DNA of 51,091 bases from Candidatus Moranbacteria bacterium RIFCSPHIGHO2_01_FULL_55_24 (GCA_001786575.1 MFRW01000010.1:1-51091); one strand, 5' to 3'; positions 37,416-49,257 are shown, counted from the first letter of the stretch. Program-made: numbers and translations. Notes: generated by a model not told the origin, from the letters alone.

Positions 37416-38627
37416 ATGAAATTCGTCTTCAAAGCGAAAAATGAGTCCGGACAGATCCGTGAGGGCGTTGTGGAAGCGCTCGACAGCGGTGCAGCGGTGC
37501 AGATCCTCCAGAAGAACAATCTGATCCCGATCAGCATCCGTGAAGAGGCCGAGAGGAGCATGGCGATCATGAGGGCCGCAGAGCGCTTGTGGGAGGGCGT
37601 GAGTCAGAAAGAACTCATGGTTTTCTTCCAGCAGCTGGCGACGCTCATCGAGGCGCGCGTGCCGATCGTCTCATCGCTTGCCACTATCGGCGAACAGTCC
37701 AATAACCGGCATCTCCGGTCCATCATCAAAGAAATGGCCGACGACATCGAGGATGGCATGCCTTTTTCCGAGGCTATGGAAAAGCATCCCGATATCTTCT
37801 CTCCTCTCACGGTGAATATGATCAAAGCGGGCGAGGTATCCGGAAGTCTTCAGAAATCCGTGGTATTCGTCGCGGAAAATATCGAAAAGAACTACCAGCT
37901 GACCTCGAAGATCAAAGGCGCACTCTACTACCCTGTCTTCGTTCTGGTTGTCGCTTTCATCATCGGCTTTTTGGTAGTGACGTTCATCCTCCCGAAGATC
38001 ACCGTGCTCATCAAGGACCTGAACGTCCCGGTGCCATGGTATACGAATGCGCTCATCTGGCTCGGAGACTTCATGAATCAGTACTGGTGGGTGGTGCTCA
38101 TGGTCATCATCGCGGGGATCGGCGGGCTCTACTACTATGTGCGCACGCCGGCAGGGCGGAGGGAGTGGGAGCAGATCATCCTGAAGATTCCGGTCATCGG
38201 GACGCTGGCCCAGAATATCTACATCACCCGCTTCGCGGAGAACCTCTCCGCGCTTCTCAACAGCGGCATCCCCGTAGTGCGGGCGCTCATCATCGTGAGC
38301 GAGGTGGTAGGGAATCAGGTGTTCGAGCGCATCATGATCAAAGCAGTGGAAGAAGTGAAGTCCGGAGGGAACATGAGCACGGTCTTCATCCGGACGCCGG
38401 AGATGCCCCCGATCGTCTCGCAGATGATGCGGATCGGCGAGGAGACAGGAACGCTTGCGAATGTCTTGGAGAGCGTCTCGAAGTTCTACAGCCAGGAAGT
38501 GGATAACATGACAAGGAGCCTTACGACCCTGATCGAACCGGTGCTGATCGTGTTTCTGGGTATCGGCGTGGGAATCCTGGTGGTCGGTGTGCTGATGCCG
38601 ATTTACAATTTGGCCGGACAGTTATAG
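37416..38627 (+). CDS. pilC: Type IV pilus platform protein PilC/GspF
   Basis: AGEVSGSL, ALYYP, IGEETGTL, LIEP, MPIY. Confidence 0.95.
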   Translation: MKFVFKAKNESGQIREGVVEALDSGAAVQILQKNNLIPISIREEAERSMAIMRAAERLWEGVSQKELMVFFQQLATLIEARVPIVSSLATIGEQSNNRHLRSIIKEMADDIEDGMPFSEAMEKHPDIFSPLTVNMIKAGEVSGSLQKSVVFVAENIEKNYQLTSKIKGALYYPVFVLVVAFIIGFLVVTFILPKITVLIKDLNVPVPWYTNALIWLGDFMNQYWWVVLMVIIAGIGGLYYYVRTPAGRREWEQIILKIPVIGTLAQNIYITRFAENLSALLNSGIPVVRALIIVSEVVGNQVFERIMIKAVEEVKSGGNMSTVFIRTPEMPPIVSQMMRIGEETGTLANVLESVSKFYSQEVDNMTRSLTTLIEPVLIVFLGIGVGILVVGVLMPIYNLAGQL

Positions 38628-38707
38628 AATACAAGTATGCTAAGCACGGTAAGATGCGCGGCAGAGAAAAGAAAAAATAAAAATAAAAACAAGAAGGAGG
38701 TGAGCAT

Positions 38708-39070
38708 ATGAAAAAGACACTCAAAGGATTTACCCTGATCGAACTCTTGATCGTCATCGCCATTATCGGTATCTTGGCGTCGGTGGTTCTCGTGAGCCTC
38801 TCGGGTGCCCGTACGAAAGCTCAAAAAGCGGCGTTCAAAGCCGAGGTGAGCGGGGCAGTCGGCGGTCTTACTATCCAGTGCGATGACGGTACTATCGCTG
38901 CCCCTGGTGATACTACCGTGACGACATGGAACGATCTTTCGTTGACTTCCAGCTGCGGAGCTTCCGGAGACGCTACGTTCTCTATCGGTGCGACGCCGGT
39001 AGCTACTATCACTGGCTGCACGGGCGCGACCGTGACCGAAGCCGGAGCTGATTTCACCAGCTGTCCGTAA
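38708..39070 (+). CDS. Type IV major pilin 1
   Basis: Class III signal [19 protein letters not shown], 4 Cys; perfect SD AAGGAGGTGA. Confidence 0.95.
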   Translation: MKKTLKGFTLIELLIVIAIIGILASVVLVSLSGARTKAQKAAFKAEVSGAVGGLTIQCDDGTIAAPGDTTVTTWNDLSLTSSCGASGDATFSIGATPVATITGCTGATVTEAGADFTSCP

Positions 39071-39123
39071 GTTTCAGAGGTTTATAACTCGCTAATCCTC
39101 ATAATTGAGAGGAGGTAAGGACT

Positions 39124-39483
39124 ATGAAAAAAACACTCAAAGGATTTACCCTGATCGAACTCTTGATCGTCATCGCTATCATCGGTATTTTGGCGTCGAT
39201 CGTATTGGTCAGCTTGTCCAACGCGCGTACGAAGGCGCAGGTGGCATCATTCAAATCCGAGACATCCGGAGCGGTGGCTGGTCTGTTGCTTCAGTGCGAT
39301 TCAGCAAACATCGTTCTTCCTGCGGACACGACCACCACGAACTACGGAGCGATTACAGGTCAAAGCTGCGGACCTGCCGGAAGCGGCACGTTTACGGTCA
39401 CTGCATCGCCGGTGAATACGAGCATCGTATGTAATGCGACTATTACCAATACCGGTACCACATTCCTTGGTGCAGGATGCTAG
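39124..39483 (+). CDS. Type IV major pilin 2 (paralog)
   Basis: Same N-terminus, 4 Cys, SD AGGAGGT; terminator at 39506-39534. Confidence 0.95.
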   Translation: MKKTLKGFTLIELLIVIAIIGILASIVLVSLSNARTKAQVASFKSETSGAVAGLLLQCDSANIVLPADTTTTNYGAITGQSCGPAGSGTFTVTASPVNTSIVCNATITNTGTTFLGAGC

Positions 39484-39568
39484 CAAATCCTCATAAGGGA
39501 TGCAGAAAAACCTTCTCGAGAGAGGAGGTTTTTTGTTGTTTCGGAAGAGTACAAGGTATAATAGCGCT

Positions 39569-40363
39569 ATGGAACATACGATTCTTTTTTTCATATTCGG
39601 GCTCCTCATCGGGAGTTTTTTGAATGTCGTGATCTGCCGCATGGCGGAGGGGGAAACGCTTATGGGCCGTTCCGTCTGCCGCAGCTGCCGGAAGCAGATC
39701 GCCTGGTATGACAATATCCCGGTGTTCTCGTATCTTGTCTTGGGCGGGAGGTGCCGGCAGTGCGAAGAGAGGATCTCCTGGCAGTATCCGACAGTCGAGC
39801 TTCTGACCGGCATCCTTTACGGGCTGGTCGGCATGTTCTTTTTTTCGCCGACCCCGTTCGGGATCTTGGAAGCTCTCTGGCTCCTCGTCCTGGTTTCTCT
39901 TTTCATTTCGATCGCTTTTTACGATCTCCGGAACATGGAGATCCCGGTCACGCTTCTCTTTCTCGGGATCGCGGTAGCGCTCATCTATCTCTCGGCCACC
40001 TTTTTCCTTTTTGAGCGCGCATGGCCGTTCTGGACGACCGCACTCGGAACAGGACTTATGGGTGCGGCTATTGTGGGAGGATTCTTCTTTCTTCTGGTGT
40101 TCCTGTCGCATGAGAAGTGGATGGGCTGGGGAGATGTGTGGCTCGGGGTGCTCGCAGGGCTCGCTGTGGGCTGGCAGCTCGCTTTCTTCCTCCTCACGCT
40201 CTCGTTCGCGCTCGGGGCTGCGGTCGGTATCGGATTGCTCGCTCTTCGCAAGAAAAGCATGCAGGCGCAGCTGCCGTTCGCTCCGTTCCTCGTGAGCGGG
40301 ACGCTCGTGACGCTTTTCTTGGAACGGACCGCAAGCTGGCTGACCCGATTCTTTTTGTGGTGA
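39569..40363 (+). CDS. pilD: Prepilin peptidase
   Basis: GSFLNVVICR, RSVCRSC, RCRQC, YD, MGWGD, PFAPFL; start ATG 39569. Confidence 0.96.
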   Translation: MEHTILFFIFGLLIGSFLNVVICRMAEGETLMGRSVCRSCRKQIAWYDNIPVFSYLVLGGRCRQCEERISWQYPTVELLTGILYGLVGMFFFSPTPFGILEALWLLVLVSLFISIAFYDLRNMEIPVTLLFLGIAVALIYLSATFFLFERAWPFWTTALGTGLMGAAIVGGFFFLLVFLSHEKWMGWGDVWLGVLAGLAVGWQLAFFLLTLSFALGAAVGIGLLALRKKSMQAQLPFAPFLVSGTLVTLFLERTASWLTRFFLW

Positions 40364-40390
40364 TTCTCTGATACAATAGGGTTATTCCGT

Positions 40391-40897
40391 ATGCGAAAAA
40401 CCCATACAAAAACCCTTCCCGGATACACGCTGCTCGAGATAATGATCATCATCATTATCATCGGCGTAGCTTCCGGAATCCTCCTGACCGGTCTCGGCAC
40501 CGGCCAAGCGGAGCGCGAAGTGGAAGCAGCCTCGCGCGAATTGGTCGGGGCTCTTCGGGAGGCCCAGGGCTATGCCCTTACCGGCCGGCAGATAGTTGCC
40601 AACACGGACCCGTGCCGCTTCCAGGTGTCTTGGGGCGGCGGGACCTACTCGCTCACGTACTGGTACAAGGACAGTTCGGGCGTCTGCAACCAGAGCTCGG
40701 CTATCGGTACCTATACCCTGAAACGCGGCGTGGCGTTCAGCAATACGAGCGCTTTCTACTTCACGCTCCCGCATGCCGGAGTCTCCTTCGGCGGTGCAAG
40801 CGCGGGCGCTATCGTAAGCAAAGCCGGTATCACGCGGACTGCCTGCACCTATGCCGACGGGAGGATTCAGGATGTTTCCGGAGGCAGTTGTCCATAA
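40391..40897 (+). CDS. Minor pilin (FimT/GspH-like)
   Basis: G/YTLLEIMI class III signal, LREAQGYA. Confidence 0.85.
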   Translation: MRKTHTKTLPGYTLLEIMIIIIIIGVASGILLTGLGTGQAEREVEAASRELVGALREAQGYALTGRQIVANTDPCRFQVSWGGGTYSLTYWYKDSSGVCNQSSAIGTYTLKRGVAFSNTSAFYFTLPHAGVSFGGASAGAIVSKAGITRTACTYADGRIQDVSGGSCP

Positions 40898-40907
40898 GGA
40901 AAGAGAT

Positions 40908-41468
40908 ATGGCAACGAAAAAACGGACATTGCGAGGATTTTCATTAGGCGAGGTGATGCTCTCCGCCTTTGTGTTGTCTGTGGGACTGCTTGCTGTGACG
41001 GCTCTGATCGCGAGCAGTATGCGTCATTCCATGGAGAACCGCGATGCTATCATCGCTTCCGAACTTGCCCAGGAGGGAGTCGAACTCATCCGAAATATCC
41101 GCGATAATGATTTTGCTGCAGGAAACGACGGATTCAGCACCGGATTTTCTACCTCCAGACGCCACTGCCACATGAGCTATAACAGCTCTTCGATGACGTG
41201 CACGGCAACCCAGGGCGGGTCGAGCAGATACTACCTACAGCTTTCCGGCGGCCACTACTCGCATGCGAGTTCCACTCAACGGTTCTCTCGCTATATCTAC
41301 ATCGACTACGACAATGGCCAGAAGACAGCCGAAGTGAAAAGCTTCGTTTACTGGAACTGGACGAGCAGCTCGATGCCTTCGTATGTCCCGCGCACTGGAA
41401 ATACGGCCAACTGCACTCTGGTGAACAAATGCGTCTATACCGAAGCGTTCCTAACGAGCTGGCGCTAG
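40908..41468 (+). CDS. Minor pilin (PilV-like)
   Basis: G/FSLGEVM signal, LAQEGVELIRNIRD; start ATG 40908. Confidence 0.85.
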   Translation: MATKKRTLRGFSLGEVMLSAFVLSVGLLAVTALIASSMRHSMENRDAIIASELAQEGVELIRNIRDNDFAAGNDGFSTGFSTSRRHCHMSYNSSSMTCTATQGGSSRYYLQLSGGHYSHASSTQRFSRYIYIDYDNGQKTAEVKSFVYWNWTSSSMPSYVPRTGNTANCTLVNKCVYTEAFLTSWR

Positions 41469-41472
41469 AACT

Positions 41473-42021
41473 ATGATCAGAAAGAATCCAAAACTGAAAG
41501 GCTTCACGCTCATCGAGATCATGGTCGCGATGTTCGCCTTTACGCTCATCATCACGGCTTCGTCGCAGATCTTCACGCGGGCGTTTGCCGGCTACCGCAA
41601 TACCAAGTACATCCAGCGGGATATCGAGAACGCCCAGTTTATCCTAAACAGCATCGCGAAGGAACTGCGGACCAGCTCTATCGTGAATCCGGCTTCCGGG
41701 GGGCCGACGACGGTGACCTCGGTGAAGTTCTATGATCATTCGCAGGGAATCTGCTTCAATTACCGCATTACCGGAGGCAATCTGGAAGTAGCCAAAGCCA
41801 ACTCGACCGGAGTATCCGACTGCCGGTCGCTTTCGCTCGGAGGCTACTCGGTGGTGAGTACCGGCACCGTGACAGGAGACTTCTATGTGAGACCGAGCGA
41901 CGACTCGCCGCTGGTGGTCGGAAAGATTACGATTGCGCTCCAAGTCCGGGAGGGATCGGCGCATACGGCAACGATCCAGACGACAGCCTCGCTCCGCGAC
42001 TATGGCAACGTAGGTCTCTAA
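41473..42021 (+). CDS. Minor pilin (PilW/GspJ-like)
   Basis: G/FTLIEIMV signal, IAKELR, IQTTASLR. Confidence 0.85.
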   Translation: MIRKNPKLKGFTLIEIMVAMFAFTLIITASSQIFTRAFAGYRNTKYIQRDIENAQFILNSIAKELRTSSIVNPASGGPTTVTSVKFYDHSQGICFNYRITGGNLEVAKANSTGVSDCRSLSLGGYSVVSTGTVTGDFYVRPSDDSPLVVGKITIALQVREGSAHTATIQTTASLRDYGNVGL

Positions 42022-42071
42022 AAAGAAAGACGAAAAGGTGCTATAATAAGCCTTGTAGAAGGCTTTTTTAA

Positions 42072-44159
<2,088 letters not shown>

Positions 44160-44166
44160 GAATATT

Positions 44167-44460
44167 ATGCTCACACGCGAGGAAGTGAAACACATCGCTC
44201 ATCTGGCGCGCATCGGCCTTGAGGAAGAGGAAATAGAGAAGTATCAGAAAGACCTCTCGAGCGTTCTGGATTTTTTCGAGGCGCTCAAGGCGGTGGATAC
44301 CGATGCTGTCGAAGGTATCGGACACATCACCGGCCGGATAGCCAAAGCGCGGAGCGATGCCGAGACAGGCGCCTCCCTGGAGGAACGCGAACGCATTCTT
44401 AAGAATATTCCGGAAAAGAAGGGCGGATCGGTCATGGTCCGTTCGATACTCAACGTATGA
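44167..44460 (+). CDS. gatC: Asp/Glu-tRNA amidotransferase subunit C
   Basis: MLTREEVKHIAHLARI; ATGA overlap with gatA. Confidence 0.95.
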   Translation: MLTREEVKHIAHLARIGLEEEEIEKYQKDLSSVLDFFEALKAVDTDAVEGIGHITGRIAKARSDAETGASLEERERILKNIPEKKGGSVMVRSILNV

Positions 44461-45893
44461 TCCGGGAACTCCACGAACAACTGAAGAGCGGTGCCATCAC
44501 TTCTGTCGGCCTGACGGAAGAGTATCTGAAACGCATCGAAGAGCATGACGGAGATATCCAGGCTTTCCTCTCCGTGACGCGCGAGGAGGCTTTGGCCGCC
44601 GCCAAAGCGGTGGATGAGAAGATCGCGCGCGGCGAGGAAATCGACCTTCTGGAAGGTATCCCGGGAGCTCTCAAAGACAACATCTCTCTGGCCGGAGTGC
44701 GTACCACTGCTGGTTCGCTTATTTTGGACAATTACATCGCTCCCTATGATGCGACGGTAGTAGAGAAGCTTCGGAACCGGGGAGCGGTGATCCTCGGCAA
44801 AACGAACATGGATGAATTCGCCATGGGCTCTTCTACGGAATCGAGCGCGTACCAGAAGACGAAGAATCCGAAAGATCTTTCCCGTGTCCCAGGCGGGTCA
44901 TCCGGGGGATCTGCCGCCGCGGTGGCAGGGGGTATGGCCGTCTGGTCTCTCGGTTCCGATACCGGAGGCTCTATCCGTCAGCCGGCAGCCTTCTGCGGCA
45001 TCGTCGGTCTCAAGCCGACCTATGGGCGCGTCTCACGCTCGGGACTCATCGCGATGGCATCGAGCCTGGATCAGATCGGGCCTTTCGGAAATAGCGTCGA
45101 AGATGTCGCTATCGTCTTTTCGCGCATCGCCGGGCACGACCGCTTGGATGCCACGACCGCCGAAGCGGCCCCGGACAAGCCTTTCGAAAACTATCTTTCC
45201 GGCGGCATCAAGGGCTTGCGGATCGGCATTCCCAAAGAATATTTCTCGGCGGATCTCGATCCGGGCATAAAGAAACTCGCCGAAGAGGCTTTGGAGAAAT
45301 TCCGGACGCTCGGGGCCGAAACCGTAGAGATTTCTCTTCCGCAGAGCGCATCCGCGCTTCCGGTGTATTACATCATCATGCCGGCGGAAGTCAGCTCGAA
45401 TCTCGCGCGCTTCGACGGCATCCGTTACGGGATGCGCGTGAATGATGCCAAAGAGCGGGAAGCGGGGAACAGTACGCTTCTCGAGACCTATCTCGATACC
45501 CGGGGCTACGGCTTCGGTACCGAAGTGAAGCGCCGCATCATGCTCGGGACCTATACGCTCTCGGCCGGATATTACGATACCTACTACGGAAAGGCCCAGA
45601 AAGTGCGCGCGCTCATCAAGGCTGATTTTGAAAAGGCGTTCGAGAGTGTCGACCTCATCTTTTCTCCGACGACTTCCGAAACCGCATTCCCGCTCGGTGC
45701 CAAATCCGCTGATCCGATCAAGATGTATCTCTCGGATATCTTCACTGTACCTGCGAATCTCGCCGGCGTGCCGGCCATTTCTTTCCCGATCGGCGAAGAA
45801 AGCGGTCTTCCGGTAGGCGGGCAGCTCATGGGGAAGTGGTTCGATGAAGAAACGCTCCTTCGCGCGGCCCACGCGTTCGAGACGAGCGCATAA
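44457..45893 (+). CDS. gatA: Asp/Glu-tRNA amidotransferase subunit A
   Basis: GKTNMDEFAMGSS, PGGSSGGS, SDTGGSIRQPA, SSNLARFDG, EVKRRIMLG. Confidence 0.99.
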   Translation: MIRELHEQLKSGAITSVGLTEEYLKRIEEHDGDIQAFLSVTREEALAAAKAVDEKIARGEEIDLLEGIPGALKDNISLAGVRTTAGSLILDNYIAPYDATVVEKLRNRGAVILGKTNMDEFAMGSSTESSAYQKTKNPKDLSRVPGGSSGGSAAAVAGGMAVWSLGSDTGGSIRQPAAFCGIVGLKPTYGRVSRSGLIAMASSLDQIGPFGNSVEDVAIVFSRIAGHDRLDATTAEAAPDKPFENYLSGGIKGLRIGIPKEYFSADLDPGIKKLAEEALEKFRTLGAETVEISLPQSASALPVYYIIMPAEVSSNLARFDGIRYGMRVNDAKEREAGNSTLLETYLDTRGYGFGTEVKRRIMLGTYTLSAGYYDTYYGKAQKVRALIKADFEKAFESVDLIFSPTTSETAFPLGAKSADPIKMYLSDIFTVPANLAGVPAISFPIGEESGLPVGGQLMGKWFDEETLLRAAHAFETSA

Positions 45894-45907
45894 AGAACAC
45901 AAACACT

Positions 45908-46441
45908 ATGGAGGTAGATCTCGGAATACTCGCAAGCAGACTCTTCTCAAGCATCGATGCGTTTCTCAACGACTCGCTTCTGTTCGCCTTTATCAAGTTC
46001 TTCCTTTTCGTCTACTGCGCGGTTCTTCTGGTGGATATCATTCTCTTGTTTCTCATGCGGGATGTCGCCGCGGATCTGAAGATGACTCTTCTCGGGGCGG
46101 AGCGGCCGCTCGTGAAGCGGAGCAAGGTGATCCGCCGCTGGGAAGCGATCCTCTCGAGATTGGAAAGCGGCAGCGAGTCGCAATACAAGGCGGCAGTGCT
46201 CGAAGCGGATGCCTTCGCGGACGAAATGCTCCGCAGTATGGGCTACAAAGGGGTCAATATGCGCGAGCGCCTGGACCAAGCCAAAGTATCTCAGCTGGAG
46301 TCCAAAGACAGCCTGGAGGCGGCTCATGCTGTCCGGAACCGCGTTATAAACGAAGAGAGCTTTACGCTTACCAAAGAGGAAACAGAGGCTTGTTTGAGCC
46401 AATATAGACGGTTTTTTGATGAAATCGAGCTTTTTTCATAG
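45908..46441 (+). CDS. Hypothetical membrane-anchored protein
   Basis: TM segment, then RWEAI...AVLEAD...GYKG..MRERL...AHAVRN pattern; in operon context with gatA. Confidence 0.8.
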   Translation: MEVDLGILASRLFSSIDAFLNDSLLFAFIKFFLFVYCAVLLVDIILLFLMRDVAADLKMTLLGAERPLVKRSKVIRRWEAILSRLESGSESQYKAAVLEADAFADEMLRSMGYKGVNMRERLDQAKVSQLESKDSLEAAHAVRNRVINEESFTLTKEETEACLSQYRRFFDEIELFS

Positions 46442-46457
46442 CTGGCGCGCATTTCAA

Positions 46458-46518
46458 TTGACATTCCTTCTGCTTTCTGTTACTCTACAGACACCAAAAA
46501 GCCCTCGGGGCTTTTTTT
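46458..46518 (+). promoter_or_regulatory. secE operon promoter followed by terminator-like hairpin
   Basis: TTGACA-17-(TGT)TACTCT, then AAAAAGCCC-TCG-GGGC-T7. Confidence 0.7.
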
Positions 46519-46569
46519 AAGACCTTTGATTTTTCAAAAATCTAAGCGTAAAAACTGGCAGCTTCTTCT

Positions 46570-46758
46570 ATGAATAAGATTGTTGAGTTTCTCACAGAAG
46601 CCAAGGCGGAACTGCTCCGGGTGAATTGGCCGAAGCGGCAGGAGATTGTCCGCTATACGATGCTGGTAATCATCATCAGTCTCGTAGTAGCGATTTTTCT
46701 CGGTTCCCTCGACTATCTGTTCAGTTACCTTGTCGAAAATTTCCTTTTGACCCGATAA
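46570..46758 (+). CDS. secE: Preprotein translocase subunit SecE
   Basis: EAKAELLRVNWP, single TM, LD; upstream of nusG. Confidence 0.96.
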   Translation: MNKIVEFLTEAKAELLRVNWPKRQEIVRYTMLVIIISLVVAIFLGSLDYLFSYLVENFLLTR

Positions 46759-46782
46759 TTTTACCGCATTAACGCTTTTTCT

Positions 46783-47328
46783 ATGGCAAAGCAGACCCAA
46801 CACCACGGACGAGCCTGGTACGTGCTCCATACGTACTCCGGATACGAGGACAATGTCGCTCGCAATCTGAAGCAGCGTATCGAATCCATGGATATGCAGG
46901 ATCTCATCTTCGATGTCCTCGTACCGAAAGAGAAGAAGATCAAGATCAAGGCCGGCAAGCGCGTCGTCGTCGAGGAGCGCATCTACCCCGGCTATGTGCT
47001 GGTGGATATGATCGTGACGGATGCTTCCTGGTACGTGGTGCGGAATACCCCTAACGTGACGGGCTTCATCGGCCTCGGTACGACTCCGACTCCGATCGAC
47101 TCGGCCGAGATCGAAGGCCTGAAGAAACGCATGGGTGTCGCGGAACCGAAATACAAAATCGATGTCCGTGTGGGCGACAATGTGAAGATCGCAGACGGCC
47201 CGTTCAAGGATTTCGACGGCAAGATCCAGGAAATCGACGAAGAGAAAGGCAAGATCAAGGTACTCGTGTCTATTTTCGGACGCGAGACGCCTGTGGAACT
47301 GGACTTCCTCCAGGTACGGAAAGTGTAG
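46783..47328 (+). CDS. nusG: Transcription factor NusG
   Basis: WYVLHTYSGYE, YPGYVLV, VRNTPNVTGF, KOW domain, IFGRETPVEL. Confidence 0.99.
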   Translation: MAKQTQHHGRAWYVLHTYSGYEDNVARNLKQRIESMDMQDLIFDVLVPKEKKIKIKAGKRVVVEERIYPGYVLVDMIVTDASWYVVRNTPNVTGFIGLGTTPTPIDSAEIEGLKKRMGVAEPKYKIDVRVGDNVKIADGPFKDFDGKIQEIDEEKGKIKVLVSIFGRETPVELDFLQVRKV

Positions 47329-47386
47329 TAATCTATTTTAAACCAAAGCGAGATATCCGAAGCTTCTTATCCCGCTCGAGACAATT

Positions 47387-47809
47387 ATGGCAAAGGCAAT
47401 CAAGACAGTCATCAAGCTCCAGATCCCGGCTGGCAAAGCCAATCCGGCTCCTCCGGTCGGTCCGGCACTCGGCCAGCACGGCTTGAACATCCAGGAATTC
47501 TGCACGCGCTTCAATGACGCGACCAAGGATCGCATGGGAGATATCATCCCGGCGGAAATCACCGTCTACGAAGACCGGACTTTCGACTTCATCCTCAAAA
47601 CTCCTCCAGCCTCCGACCTTCTGAAGAAAGCGGCCAAGGTGGAGAAGGGCGCAGGCAACCCGCTCAAGAACAAAGTCGGGAGCGTCACCCGCGACCAGGT
47701 CCGCGAGATCGCCGAGAAGAAGCTGGAAGATCTGAACGCGAATGATGTCGAAGCGGCGATGAAGATCATCGAAGGAACCGCTCGCTCGATGGGTATCAAG
47801 GTAGAGTAA
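47387..47809 (+). CDS. rplK: 50S ribosomal protein L11
   Basis: [30 protein letters not shown]. Confidence 0.99.
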   Translation: MAKAIKTVIKLQIPAGKANPAPPVGPALGQHGLNIQEFCTRFNDATKDRMGDIIPAEITVYEDRTFDFILKTPPASDLLKKAAKVEKGAGNPLKNKVGSVTRDQVREIAEKKLEDLNANDVEAAMKIIEGTARSMGIKVE

Positions 47810-47821
47810 ATAATCTAATTT

Positions 47822-47856
47822 GTGGCAGTCCGGGAGCAGGCGGACGCTAGGACCAC
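47822..47856 (+). promoter_or_regulatory. Probable L1 autoregulatory leader
   Basis: GTGG...CCAC stem with asymmetric loop and GTCCG/CGGAC stem just upstream of rplA. Confidence 0.45.
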
Positions 47857-47866
47857 GAACAAACGT

Positions 47867-48556
47867 ATGAAACATGGCAAGAAGTATCGCGCAGTCGTAG
47901 AGAAGATCGAAGCAGGGAAGGAATATACTCCCGAAGAAGCGTTTCAGTTCCTGACCGAGAACAAGATCGCGAAGTTCGATGAGGCCGTAGAAGTCCACGT
48001 GCGCGTCGGCGCGAACCCGAAGAAGTCCGACGAGATGGTGCGCTCAACCGCTGTCCTCCCGCACGGCACCGGACGCCTCCTCAAGGTGGCGGTGGTGACT
48101 GCGACCAAGGAAAAGGAAGCGAAGGAAGCGGAAGCCGATATCGTCGGCGGCGAAGAGCTGATCGAAGACATCAAGACGAACAAGGTGGTTCCCGGAACGG
48201 ATTTCCATATCCTCCTGGCGACCCCGGAAGTGATGCCGAAACTCGCTTCGATCGCGAAGATCCTTGGTCCGAAAGGCCTCATGCCATCGCCGAAGTCCGA
48301 GACGGTGACGCCGAAGATCAAGGAAACCGTCGAGATGCTCAAGAAGGGGAAAAAAGTGAGCTTCAAGAACGATGACACATCCAATATCCATCAGGTTATC
48401 GGCAAAGTCTCTTTCACGAAGGAACAGCTTCTCGAGAATTACGCCGCTTTCCGTGAGGCGCTCGACAAGGCCAAGCCGGAAGCCATGAAAGGCAAGCTGG
48501 TGCTCGCGATGTATTTTTCTTCCACCATGGGCCCAAGCCTCCCTATCAAGCTGTAA
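47867..48556 (+). CDS. rplA: 50S ribosomal protein L1
   Basis: KHGKKY, KFDEAVE, LPHGTG, ILGPKGLMPSPK, STMGP; start ATG 47867. Confidence 0.98.
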   Translation: MKHGKKYRAVVEKIEAGKEYTPEEAFQFLTENKIAKFDEAVEVHVRVGANPKKSDEMVRSTAVLPHGTGRLLKVAVVTATKEKEAKEAEADIVGGEELIEDIKTNKVVPGTDFHILLATPEVMPKLASIAKILGPKGLMPSPKSETVTPKIKETVEMLKKGKKVSFKNDDTSNIHQVIGKVSFTKEQLLENYAAFREALDKAKPEAMKGKLVLAMYFSSTMGPSLPIKL

Positions 48557-48562
48557 TCAAGT

Positions 48563-48589
48563 ACGGTCCGCCTCTTGGCGGACTGTTTT
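48563..48589 (+). terminator. Terminator built on the 16-bp palindrome family (TCCGCC-TCTT-GGCGGA, 48567-48582)
   Basis: ACGGTCCGCC-TCTT-GGCGGACTGT-TTT after the rplA stop. Confidence 0.7.
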
Positions 48590-48604
48590 CGATAAAATAC
48601 ACCT

Positions 48605-49165
48605 ATGATTCTTTCAGATAGGGATATCATCAAGGAACAGAAGGCAGGGAACATCACCCTCAAGCCTTTCAAGAAAGAGTATGTCCAGCCGGCAAGCGTC
48701 GACCTGCACCTCGACAAGCATTTCCTCGTGTTCGATACGACCAGGAATTTCGTCATCGATCCGAAGACTCCGGCGAAGGGCCTCATGAAAGAAGTGGAGA
48801 TCAAGAGTGACGAAGCGTTCATCCTCCATCCGCAGGAATTCGCACTCGGCCTGATTCTGGAAGAGACCGGAGTATCGGACAAATTGGTAGGCCGTTTGGA
48901 AGGCAAGAGCTCGCTCGGCCGCCTAGGACTCATCATCCATACGACCGCCGGCTACCTGGATCCGGGCAATTCGCTCAAGATGACGCTCGAGCTCTACAAT
49001 GCCGGGAAGCTTCCGATCAAGCTCTACTACAAGATGCCGATCGGCCAGATGGCCTTCGAATACCTCTCCTCGTCCTGTGACCGGCCCTACGGCTCGAAAG
49101 GTCTCAACAGCAAGTACAAAGGCGACTCCAAGCCCCAAGCTTCCAAAATGCACCTGAATTTCTAG
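48605..49165 (+). CDS. dcd: dCTP deaminase
   Basis: MILSDRDI, VQPASVDL, LEGKSSLGRLGL, TAGYLDPG, TLEL, PYG...SKY; terminator at 49168-49191. Confidence 0.95.
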   Translation: MILSDRDIIKEQKAGNITLKPFKKEYVQPASVDLHLDKHFLVFDTTRNFVIDPKTPAKGLMKEVEIKSDEAFILHPQEFALGLILEETGVSDKLVGRLEGKSSLGRLGLIIHTTAGYLDPGNSLKMTLELYNAGKLPIKLYYKMPIGQMAFEYLSSSCDRPYGSKGLNSKYKGDSKPQASKMHLNF

Positions 49166-49257
49166 AGAAAAGCCCCGGAAATGGGGCTTTTGCTTCGGGA
49201 AGTGTTCTCTGCTAGGCTCTAATCAAGGATTTTTCTCAAAAAAAGAAGGAATAATCT

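Noticed and set aside
44167..48556. Missing gatB and rplJ-rplL as gene loss
   Set aside because: Operon fragmentation is common in this lineage; absence from the window says nothing about the genome.
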